IMG/VR virus record: IMGVR_UViG_3300046734_000671
Span: 6,438 to 70,437 of that record
Reading direction: 5' to 3' (one strand)
DNA from: a virus
DNA: 64,000 bases
The position numbers and the translations under genes are program-made. This document shows, piece after piece, positions 47,266 to 55,987 of the stretch (position 1 is the first letter of the stretch; every line of letters begins with the position of its first letter). Below the pieces are notes generated by a model, which saw nothing but the letters and a program-made list of their open reading frames with translations, had not been told where the DNA came from and made no database searches.

Positions 47266-47982
47266 TTATGCTGACTTTGAAAACTCAAAATCTTTAGAGG
47301 TGCTTAAAACACTGTAAGAAGATCCGCCTACGCTTTCTCCATCTAACCCCATGATTCCGAATCCTTGAGTTGCTGTCTCCCCTATTATTTCAAAACTTAT
47401 AGGTTGTCCCGGAACTTTTAGTCTACCATACAGCACTGGAACTGGATCTCCTGATTCAATATTTTGTTGGGCACCATTAAATAAGTAAGCCTCATCGTTT
47501 GCTTGTGTATCTACAGAAGGGTCTGGTGCCATCATTTCTTGTACGCCCGCTATTGCTAAATTGGCCGCAAAACCTATAGCTATTTTGCCCATTACGGTAG
47601 ACGCCGAAGCTCCTAGTGCAGTTCCAAAAGAGATGGCAGAATTACCAAAAAATACAAATCCTCCCATTTTAGCCATAATTACAACTATAGCAATAGCTGC
47701 TATAATTTTTCCTATACCCTTGGATCCTGCTGGAACAGGAGTTATAATTATATCTCCCTCTTTTATATCCATTAATAGTTCTTCTGCGTATTCTAACTCT
47801 ACTCCTGCTACCTCTATGTGATATCCTACTCCTTCATCTGCTTTTTGAGTAAAGTACTGTGTAAAATCTGGATAGTTTGCGCTTAGACATTTGAATACAT
47901 CTGCAGGAGTATCGCAATCAATTTGAAAATGAGGAACAAATTTATCCCCAAGCTCTCCATGTAAGTAAGCGTTACGCAACAT
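47266..47982 (-). CDS. Lambda gpI-like tail assembly protein
   Basis: YLHGELG, IIITPVPAGS, hydrophobic segment, YLFNGAQ...GDPVPVLYG. Confidence 0.88.
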   Translation of the reverse strand: MLRNAYLHGELGDKFVPHFQIDCDTPADVFKCLSANYPDFTQYFTQKADEGVGYHIEVAGVELEYAEELLMDIKEGDIIITPVPAGSKGIGKIIAAIAIVVIMAKMGGFVFFGNSAISFGTALGASASTVMGKIAIGFAANLAIAGVQEMMAPDPSVDTQANDEAYLFNGAQQNIESGDPVPVLYGRLKVPGQPISFEIIGETATQGFGIMGLDGESVGGSSYSVLSTSKDFEFSKSA

Positions 47983-48676
47983 ATCTATATGCTCTATCTA
48001 AATACTTTATCCAAAAAGGATATAAATTTTCTCTACAAGAAAGACGTTCTACTGCATGATGATAAAAAGAGTCTGCCCCTAAATACACTCCGCAGTGATT
48101 TGCAACATTTGATTGAACACAAAAAGTAAGAACATCGTTTTTTTGTATTTTATCTAAAGAAATTTCTTGGCCTCCCCATTCTTTTATTACATCAGGGCAA
48201 AAATAATCTAAGTCTTTATTAAACCAGTTGTCTTCAAAAGGTATTCTAGGAGGAATTTCAATATTTTGTGTAATTAGGTAATCCCTCATTGCTTCAAAAC
48301 AATCTGCAACTCCAAAAGAATATTCTCTACCATACAGTTCTGTTACATTTCTTTCTGGAGTGAGAATACTAAGTTCCATATCCGGGTAAGAAAATATATA
48401 GTAAGGTATACCTAGTGCATTGCAATTTTTAATATCATAGTCACTTGGCTCTGAACTTGCATCTGGGTGATTATGTATAATTCCTATAATATCTGAAGTT
48501 AAAGAAATTTTAAGATACTCTTTTGAGTCAAATAAAAAATCATCATCGTCTTGAGCTATATTTGTACAAGGAATCCACTTAGCTTTTCCTTTTTGTACTG
48601 CTAAGACTCCGCAAGCTTCTTTTGGGTATTCTCTAAAAAAATGGGGTTCTATTTCATGTATAAAGTCTTGAATCAT
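47972..48676 (-). CDS. Lambda gpK-like tail assembly protein (JAB/MPN plus NlpC/P60)
   Basis: YPKEACG, HNHP...PSDYD, GREY.FGV.DC, NHCGVYLG...HH. Confidence 0.9.
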   Translation of the reverse strand: MIQDFIHEIEPHFFREYPKEACGVLAVQKGKAKWIPCTNIAQDDDDFLFDSKEYLKISLTSDIIGIIHNHPDASSEPSDYDIKNCNALGIPYYIFSYPDMELSILTPERNVTELYGREYSFGVADCFEAMRDYLITQNIEIPPRIPFEDNWFNKDLDYFCPDVIKEWGGQEISLDKIQKNDVLTFCVQSNVANHCGVYLGADSFYHHAVERLSCRENLYPFWIKYLDRAYRYVA

Positions 48677-49863
48677 CTAAAGCTTCGAGTTCCAGGGAAC
48701 CCTCCAAAAGGTAAAGTTATTGCTGTATTAAATTTTGCTGTAGCCATTCCGTGTTTTATAGTGCCTACTTGTTCGAAGTCTAAAATATTTCCTCCACTGG
48801 AAATATTTGTAGCTTGGTAACGAGCTTTACAAGAAGACAATAGCTTTCCACAAACATCTGCTTGTACCCAGAATCCTGGGTTTTGTGAAGGCTGTTTATT
48901 GGTATGGTCTCTTACACATCGAAAAACAACAGGAGCTCCATTTATTAATTCTACTGCATAATCACTTTTTCTTCCATCTATAGAATTTGTTTGATAAGCA
49001 GTTGCAATATTATAAGTTCTATATGTTCTTACAATTCTCCAGTGTGGGCTGTGTTCATTTGGAGTATTACCTGTATTGTCATCAGAAAAAGACTGCCATT
49101 TAAGATTATCATGAGTAATAACTGAATCTAATGAGTATGTGGTCCCTGCACTCCAATTAGGAGCAGCAGTGATTATATCTTCATGTACCAAAGGTTCATC
49201 ATCTATTGTAAAAAATAAATGTACATCTTTTACTTCGTTGCCGTTCGTATCCAGCCCACTTACTTTTGAAGTCCAATGGCAAGCACTTTTTACATCAACA
49301 TTTCCAGTTGTCCATCCTTTATATATCCAAGGACAGTATTTTCCAGTTACAACCCTGCTAGGAACTTTAACATTCTGTAGTTCAAAGGGGCTTGCTAATT
49401 CTACTGTTAAAGAAATAGAAGTTTTTTGTGCAATTCTATCAATTACGTATTCAGCCTTCGGAAATTCAAAAGGGCTTTGATTTGTATTTGTACCTTCACT
49501 AACATACTTAGAAAGTGTTTTTCTAATTGTTACTCTTTTTCCTAATAAGTCATCTGCCAAAAAAGAATTTTGGTTTGGTACTCCATCTGTATCAAATTTT
49601 GATCCTGATTTAAATAAACTTTCAACATTTGGCATCATTAATGTAGGTCGAGCAGACGCTCCATCTGCGTGTTTTTCAATACCTTCTATAAGCATAGGAA
49701 AAGCTTCATACGCATTTCCATTCCAATAAATATCTGCTTGAGTATTTTCTGAATGAAAGTACAAGGGAGTACCAAATCCAGAAAACTCAAATAAAGTTAC
49801 AAGAGCTTCGTCAGAAGCAAGTTGCAGTGCTTGTGCTTCTTTTGCAATTATATTCTGACTCAT
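48673..49863 (-). CDS. Lambda gpL-like minor tail protein with inserted CBM5/12-like repeats
   Basis: WNG..Y..FP, RPTL, ELASPFEL, CPWIYKG..C...DVCGK.LSSC..R, LPFGGFPG. Confidence 0.88.
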   Translation of the reverse strand: MSQNIIAKEAQALQLASDEALVTLFEFSGFGTPLYFHSENTQADIYWNGNAYEAFPMLIEGIEKHADGASARPTLMMPNVESLFKSGSKFDTDGVPNQNSFLADDLLGKRVTIRKTLSKYVSEGTNTNQSPFEFPKAEYVIDRIAQKTSISLTVELASPFELQNVKVPSRVVTGKYCPWIYKGWTTGNVDVKSACHWTSKVSGLDTNGNEVKDVHLFFTIDDEPLVHEDIITAAPNWSAGTTYSLDSVITHDNLKWQSFSDDNTGNTPNEHSPHWRIVRTYRTYNIATAYQTNSIDGRKSDYAVELINGAPVVFRCVRDHTNKQPSQNPGFWVQADVCGKLLSSCKARYQATNISSGGNILDFEQVGTIKHGMATAKFNTAITLPFGGFPGTRSFR

Positions 49864-50351
49864 ATTTCATATACTCTTGAAAGTTCTGCACTAATTGACT
49901 GTACATCATCGTGGCCAACCATTACAGAGTAGGTATCAACTACAACTCTAAAGTTTTCTCTTTCCATATTTATTTGAAAGCTTTGAGGATGAACTACATC
50001 AAAAAATGAAGAAATTAATGCAATTTCTTGCCAAATTCTATTTGATAAAGTTACACTGAACTTATCTATTTTTGTATTTATGCCATCTCTAACTCTTTGC
50101 TGATAGCCATCTCCAAAACTTGCAGTAAGAACTCTATGACTTGATTCTCTTGAAAATCCTCGATCAAAAGTAATTTCCCTATTTGTTGCTGCTCCGGGAA
50201 ATAGCTTAGTTATCATATTTAAGTAGCCATCTTCATCAGTATAGGAATAATCAGATTGAGGATACTTAGTTTGTAAATCACTAAGAATTTTTCCTCGAAT
50301 TCCTACAGTTCCTAAAGGCCTCTCTATATTAAATCCGAATGCTCTTGACAT
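49860..50351 (-). CDS. Lambda gpM-like distal tail protein
   Basis: ASFGDGYQQR..DGIN motif; follows the tape measure gene. Confidence 0.85.
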   Translation of the reverse strand: MSRAFGFNIERPLGTVGIRGKILSDLQTKYPQSDYSYTDEDGYLNMITKLFPGAATNREITFDRGFSRESSHRVLTASFGDGYQQRVRDGINTKIDKFSVTLSNRIWQEIALISSFFDVVHPQSFQINMERENFRVVVDTYSVMVGHDDVQSISAELSRVYEI

Positions 50352-53300
50352 TATGCTACTCCGTGCGGATTAAGTATTCCGCCCGATCTTTTTTGATTTT
50401 GTAGTTCTTTCTGGACTGCCGCTGCTACAAGATTACCAACGTTAGTTGCATCTTGACTATCCGATGCAGTACTAGATTGCGCATTTCCTTGATTATCAAT
50501 ACTTACATTTACAGTCACATTATTTTGTTGACCGCCACCACCCTGCATACGTACAGGAATTGTTTTTCCATCAGGCAAAGGAACTACAGCTTCATTTCCA
50601 TGCAACACTGCAGGGTATCCTGATTTTGGTCCTCGTGCAATGCCTCCTGTATTGTAAGCCTCGCTTACCATACCACCTTTTCTGAACCCTCCAATACCTA
50701 AGAAACTTTTGGCAGCATCCATTGCTAGTTTTATAGCAAGTTCTTTTAAGAAACCAGAGCCCCACTGATCAAGGCCTCCAACGATTCCTTTTCCTTCTTT
50801 TCCAAACTTACCTGAAATACTCTCTGCTACAATACCACCTACATCTCCAAATTTTTCGGATATTTCAGTACCGGCATCTGTTATTGAATCAAATAAAGAG
50901 GGTCCTTCTTCTGATCCTACATCTTTTTTCTCTGCGGTTACGGTTACAGGCTCTAAAATACCTGAAGTTAAACTGTCCAATACTTGTTTGGTTGCAGGAC
51001 TCTCTTGGGGAGAGCCATCAGGATTAGTGCCTTCAGGTCGTGCAATATAAGGAAAAGAGCGAGTAAAGGCAGAGTCTCCGTCAGTTGCTCCTCCAGGGGC
51101 CGTAATTGGTAATGGGTTAGGAGTAACACTAATATCTGCATTAGCTAAAACTTCTTTTATTCTATCAGCTAAACTATCTCCGCCCTCTTTAATTGCCATT
51201 CCAAGATCTTCGGCTTTTTTCTGCATATCTGCTGCAGTAAGTTCTTGGATTCCTTCTGCTGCAGATACAACGCCTTCATCAACTGCAGTTTTTAGTGCAG
51301 TTGCTCCAACCATATGAGCATCCTGCATTTTTGCTGCAGGGTCTTTTTTCTTTCCTGGAATTAGATCCAATAAAGGATCTACAATTAGTCTTTGAGTTAC
51401 TTCTTTTTGAATAGTGCTTAATACACCTTTGAACGCATCTTTTAGTGCTTGTGATGCAGTTTTACTACCATCTACAAGAGCATCAAAGACTCCGTTGATT
51501 GCATCTCCAAGTCCTGTACGAATGGCTTCGGCAGATTTATCAAATACTTGCTCTATAGGATCTAGCTCGTCTACAATTCTTTGGGCGTCACGAACTCCTC
51601 GATCCATATCAAGTAGTTTTGCCCCAAGAGTTGCTTCATTTAACTTAAGTGCTGCTTCTTTTGCAGGACCGTAATCAATAGTATCAAGTGCATTTGCAGC
51701 ATTTGCAATATCTGCTGCTTCTCCAAAACGATTTTCGCGCATGAGCTGGCCTTGCAGCAATCTCATGTCTGCAATAGTTTGTTTTCTTTTTGCGTCTAAA
51801 AGCTTGAACTCAATATCTATCTGAGACTTTTTAAAGTTAGCTTCTCTGATTGCTTCACTTTTTCTTGCATTTAATGTTTTTTGCTCGAACTCAAGTCTAG
51901 CTTTTGCTCTTGCTCGCTCCATGTCTCTAAATGGATTATTTGCAGCCATATTATCAAGATTTTCAGTCATTGCCTTTTGTTCTTGATCTCTCTGTATTCG
52001 CGCAAGTTCTATTTGAGCCCTTACCATTTTTTCTCGTATGCCTAGCTGCTCTTTTAGCATATTTGTAATTTGATTTTCAGTTTGTAGCTCTGCTATATTT
52101 TTTCTAAACTCCAGCATTCTTTCTTCAAATTCTGTTTTACGTCGAGCAATTTCAAGCTCTTGCTGAGCAAGTGCTATATTTGCCGCAAGCTGTGTAGCAG
52201 TATTTTCATTTATGCTGCCTTGTTGTTTCATTTCAGCATTTTTTAAAGCCATCATTTCTTCTTCAAGCTTTAATTGCTTTGATCTTTCATCAAATGCTGC
52301 TTTATTTAAATCTCTTTCAAAGCTAGCTTGAGTTTCAGTAATTTTATTTTGGTCAAATTTTAATTGTTTTTTTCTTGTCTCAAGACCCATTGCTTCTTTT
52401 AAGAGTTTTAATTCTTCTCTGTGTATAACTAAAGCTAATTGATCTAAAGTTAATTGTTCGAGTTTAGCTGTAACCGTCCTTTCACTCCCGTCTGCTAAAG
52501 TTTCGGTAATTGTGACCATGCCGTCTTGAACATCGCTTGATTTTTCAAGAACTTTAAATAAAGATTCGAATTGAGCTTGTGTAACAGAAGCTTGTCCATC
52601 TGTTTTTAAAAGTTTTTTGATTGGTTCATCTTTTGCTGATAGAGCCAAAGTCTTAATATTTAGCCTTATCTTTTTAAAAGCATCAAAAACAGGTTGAAAC
52701 TTACTATCTTTTGGCAGATATACATCAGTAGCAGTACCAAACTCTGTAACCCCATCAGCAAGTCCTTTAAAAGCCTGTTGTTGAGCCATAGATTGTGTAG
52801 CTATATTTCTAGCTTCTTTTGTTACCTCTCTGCTAGCTCTTATAAGACTTTCAAAAGTCTTTATTAAACCATCAATATTTTCTTGTGTACCCGGTGCGTC
52901 TAGTCCTGCTTCGAGGGCGGCTATTGCTTTTTTAACTGCTGATTGACCTTTGACAAAATCAGCAGTATCAAGTCCTGTTTCTGCTGCTATTTCTGCTTGC
53001 AGTTGCATAGAATTTAAACCTGATCGAACACTATCTACATAAGCCAGTGCTTCTGTTGCAAACTCTCCAAATTGATCTCGTACAGTTACCATTCCTGCAT
53101 CTTCTGCAACTTTTTTTAAGCTATTTAAATTATCTTTTGCTTCTTGCAACTCTTCATTTAAAAGCGCAATCTCCATCTTATCACGAATATTTCCCTCTTG
53201 ACCTGCTTGTTTTTGTGCTGTTTGTAATAAACTTACTTCTTCGCTTGCAGCTCGTATTGCGACGGTAAGATCTTCATACGATTCTATTCCTTCTCTAGCT

Positions 53301-55018
53301 AAACTATGAACTCTGCTATCATTGGCCATCGTTGAGTCGGCATCCACCATATTCGGGACTGCAATTTGAGGAAGATTTATTGCTCCTGAAAGAGAATCAA
53401 TACCTTGGCCTTCTAGAGCTTTTGCTGCTCTTTCGGCGGTTTGTGCAAGCTCATGCACAGCAGCATTTATTTTTGAATAGTTAAAATTAGTTAATAATCC
53501 AAATTGTTGCTGTAAAGCTTCCATTTCATTTGCTGCAGGAACAAGTTCACTTCTAAGACTGCGAATTTCTTCTACTTGTTCATTCATGGCTTTTGTAATA
53601 TCATCAAAAGCATCTAAAGCGTCTCTTAAATTTTTTGGTAAAAATGCTCTTTTTATTTCTTTGCCAATTTCAAAAATAAGAGCAGCAATTCCAATACCTG
53701 AAATTACTTTTAATATTTTATTTAGTCCTGAAGAAACTGCTGCTGTTGCTGCTTTAATTCGACCCATTCCTTTACCATATTCAAGCTCAAATCGTGCAAG
53801 ATCTGCTTTCATATTTAAAAACATCTTTTTAAAAGAAGTAGCATTTTCAGCAGCAGTTCGAGCATTGTCTGCACGAATAATTGCAAGACTTCTTTTTATT
53901 TCTGCTTCTTCGACTTTGTGAAGATTTACTACTTTACTTGTTTTTTGTTTAAATGCTCTTTCTACAGCTTTTAAGTTAGCTTCCGTCATTTTTCCAGCAC
54001 GTATCTCAGCTGCAATGCCTTTCTTTGTGCCTTGAATTACGCCATCAGTTATATTTTTACGGGCTCTTTTAGCAGTAGCTTCTAAATCTATAGTAGAAGT
54101 CATCGCAGGAGCAAAACTTTTTACAACACTTAATCCCAGTAACCCCATTACTGCGCCAACTGCAATAATACTATCTTTTAATGCTCCAGAAATAAAGTTT
54201 GCTACAGCTGCAATAGGCTCTGATAATTCTTTAAATGTGTCTTGAAAGGCGGCGCCAAACTGAGCTACTTGATTTACCGAGTTACCAACGTCTTGAAATT
54301 TTTGCTCGCCTTGTTCCAAAACTGCATTAACAACAGCTTGGCTTTTTTCAAACTGTGTTAAATCTTTTGCGTTTTTGCCAATGGTTCTTGCATAGTTTTG
54401 TGCGGCATCGTCAATTCGAACAATAATACCCAATTCATCCAAAAGTTCTGGCTCTGCTTTGATAGCACCTCGAGTCAGTCGATTGAATGAATCAGTAACA
54501 TCTCTACCTAGTATAGTACCGGCATTTTTTGCTACAGAGCCAAGCCTCTCTAATTGATCGGCAGTAAGACCTGCAGCTTGTCCAATCGCAACAGCTTGCG
54601 CCGCTTCTTTAAATGCTACTAATCCTCCTGTTGCTTCTTGAACATTTGAGGTCATCAGTTTCATTGATACCCCTGTTCTTTGTGCAAACAGTTCTTGACC
54701 CTGTGTTAATGCAGCAAGATCAGCAGCGGTTTTAAAGAATTGAAACGCAGCAGAAAGAGCAAATACGCTAGCAGCTACAGTTGCGTATGCACCTACCAGG
54801 CCTCCCATGCCTTGAGCCATCTTAGAAAATTCTTTTGTACTATTTGAAGTCGTTCTAGCCGCGCCTTTCATATTACGGTCTTGAGTGCGTGCAGACTTTC
54901 CAACTTTATCTTGGGCTTGGTCTACCTCGTCTAAAGCACCACGAAGTTTTTTAACAGAAACTGTTGCTTTCTGCATCTTGCCATTAACTTCGATATCAAG
55001 TGTAATTTTTTTAGCCAT
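50351..55018 (-). CDS. Tape measure protein (T5 pb2-like N-terminus)
   Basis: 1555 aa helical/coiled coil; GLVGAYATVAA, RLTRGAIKAEPELLDELGI; C-terminal GGIARGP...LHGNEAVVPL. Confidence 0.9.
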   Translation of the reverse strand: MAKKITLDIEVNGKMQKATVSVKKLRGALDEVDQAQDKVGKSARTQDRNMKGAARTTSNSTKEFSKMAQGMGGLVGAYATVAASVFALSAAFQFFKTAADLAALTQGQELFAQRTGVSMKLMTSNVQEATGGLVAFKEAAQAVAIGQAAGLTADQLERLGSVAKNAGTILGRDVTDSFNRLTRGAIKAEPELLDELGIIVRIDDAAQNYARTIGKNAKDLTQFEKSQAVVNAVLEQGEQKFQDVGNSVNQVAQFGAAFQDTFKELSEPIAAVANFISGALKDSIIAVGAVMGLLGLSVVKSFAPAMTSTIDLEATAKRARKNITDGVIQGTKKGIAAEIRAGKMTEANLKAVERAFKQKTSKVVNLHKVEEAEIKRSLAIIRADNARTAAENATSFKKMFLNMKADLARFELEYGKGMGRIKAATAAVSSGLNKILKVISGIGIAALIFEIGKEIKRAFLPKNLRDALDAFDDITKAMNEQVEEIRSLRSELVPAANEMEALQQQFGLLTNFNYSKINAAVHELAQTAERAAKALEGQGIDSLSGAINLPQIAVPNMVDADSTMANDSRVHSLAREGIESYEDLTVAIRAASEEVSLLQTAQKQAGQEGNIRDKMEIALLNEELQEAKDNLNSLKKVAEDAGMVTVRDQFGEFATEALAYVDSVRSGLNSMQLQAEIAAETGLDTADFVKGQSAVKKAIAALEAGLDAPGTQENIDGLIKTFESLIRASREVTKEARNIATQSMAQQQAFKGLADGVTEFGTATDVYLPKDSKFQPVFDAFKKIRLNIKTLALSAKDEPIKKLLKTDGQASVTQAQFESLFKVLEKSSDVQDGMVTITETLADGSERTVTAKLEQLTLDQLALVIHREELKLLKEAMGLETRKKQLKFDQNKITETQASFERDLNKAAFDERSKQLKLEEEMMALKNAEMKQQGSINENTATQLAANIALAQQELEIARRKTEFEERMLEFRKNIAELQTENQITNMLKEQLGIREKMVRAQIELARIQRDQEQKAMTENLDNMAANNPFRDMERARAKARLEFEQKTLNARKSEAIREANFKKSQIDIEFKLLDAKRKQTIADMRLLQGQLMRENRFGEAADIANAANALDTIDYGPAKEAALKLNEATLGAKLLDMDRGVRDAQRIVDELDPIEQVFDKSAEAIRTGLGDAINGVFDALVDGSKTASQALKDAFKGVLSTIQKEVTQRLIVDPLLDLIPGKKKDPAAKMQDAHMVGATALKTAVDEGVVSAAEGIQELTAADMQKKAEDLGMAIKEGGDSLADRIKEVLANADISVTPNPLPITAPGGATDGDSAFTRSFPYIARPEGTNPDGSPQESPATKQVLDSLTSGILEPVTVTAEKKDVGSEEGPSLFDSITDAGTEISEKFGDVGGIVAESISGKFGKEGKGIVGGLDQWGSGFLKELAIKLAMDAAKSFLGIGGFRKGGMVSEAYNTGGIARGPKSGYPAVLHGNEAVVPLPDGKTIPVRMQGGGGQQNNVTVNVSIDNQGNAQSSTASDSQDATNVGNLVAAAVQKELQNQKRSGGILNPHGVA

Positions 55019-55452
55019 TAGCCTTTAACATTATGGGTGTACTGTTTTCCACCGCTTTTAGCTTTACGTTTCTCAGCATCTCTCTTTCGTGACTCTTTTT
55101 CTGCTCTATAAGAAACTAGCTTATTTTCATACAATTTCATTAAATGTAAAATTGTTTTTCTATCTTGCACTTCATACAGTTTAAAATAATATTCTATACC
55201 GTCCCAGTATTTGCCCATGTATGTTCCGCTCATTCCTTCCCAATGATCTGGAAGAAGGCTAAACATAAAAAATGCCACTTGAACTTCTTCGGGAAAGTCC
55301 GAAGGCTCGAGCGGCATTTTGGCGGGATCGGGTTCTTGACCAAGTTGTTCACAGACAAGCAGATACTTTTCTGTATCAAACTTAGAGTCTGCCTCTTGAA
55401 TAAGTCTTATGAATAAAGACTCTATTCTGGCGATTTGCTCCCAGTAAAATTT
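55018..55452 (-). CDS. Tail assembly chaperone, gpT-like part (T5 p138-like), expressed as a -1 frameshift extension
   Basis: The -1 frame is open from the slippery site through MPLEPSDFP...WEGMSGTYMGK. Confidence 0.75.
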   Translation of the reverse strand, partial: KFYWEQIARIESLFIRLIQEADSKFDTEKYLLVCEQLGQEPDPAKMPLEPSDFPEEVQVAFFMFSLLPDHWEGMSGTYMGKYWDGIEYYFKLYEVQDRKTILHLMKLYENKLVSYRAEKESRKRDAEKRKAKSGGKQYTHNVKG

Positions 55453-55853
55453 TCGAGATCACCGACCGACTCTGTAACCCAAGTGTCAAAACCATTTGAG
55501 TTTTTCATGAGCAGCTCAGCATTCTCCTGGGTGTAGGGGAGTACATCATCAGGGTCAAGGTTTGATATATCTACCAAAAGAAGCTCTTCTAGGTAACGAT
55601 ACTTTAAACCTGACCATCCTTTGATGACAGCTTTGCAGTATTCAACAATAAATTTTTCTTCGTCTAGAGTTTCTTCGGGCTGGCGTGTTTTTTTATCAAA
55701 CTTTGTAATTACACATCGTTTACGAAGTTTAAGTAGTTCTTCTCTTGCAAGATAGCAAAGAGAAACTGCCATTCCAGAGTACCCCGGAAAATCAATAGCA
55801 ACAGTTTTGCTTGCAGTCATAAGACTTGCAAGTGAAATGGGTGTATCAGACAT
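55422..55853 (-). CDS. Tail assembly chaperone, gpG-like (T5 p139-like)
   Basis: Between tail tube and tape measure; IKGWSGL, F..WVTE...DLENF. Confidence 0.8.
   Translation of the reverse strand: MSDTPISLASLMTASKTVAIDFPGYSGMAVSLCYLAREELLKLRKRCVITKFDKKTRQPEETLDEEKFIVEYCKAVIKGWSGLKYRYLEELLLVDISNLDPDDVLPYTQENAELLMKNSNGFDTWVTESVGDLENFTGSKSPE
55446..55452 (-). other. Programmed -1 ribosomal frameshift site A-AAU-UUU
   Basis: X-XXY-YYZ heptamer in frame at ...LENF of the chaperone; the -1 frame joins the downstream ORF. Confidence 0.75.
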
Positions 55854-55891
55854 CTTTGGTTCCTTTTATTAAATGAAATTTATATTTTGTA

Positions 55892-55932
55892 ATTATAAGG
55901 GAGAAGAGGTAAAAAGTCAAGAACTTTTTTTG
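55892..55932 (-). promoter_or_regulatory. sigma70 promoter for chaperone / tape measure / tip genes
   Basis: Minus strand AAAAAAAGTTC, TTGACT (55920-55915), 17 bp, TATAAT (55897-55892). Confidence 0.85.
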
Positions 55933-55939
55933 AGAGGAG

Positions 55940-55968
55940 AAAAGAAAAACCCGCCGAAGCGGGTTTTT
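55940..55968 (-). terminator. Terminator after the major tail protein gene
   Basis: AAAAACCCGC-TTCG-GCGGGTTTTTCTTTT. Confidence 0.9.
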
Positions 55969-55987
55969 GTGTAAAGTATAAAAGTAA

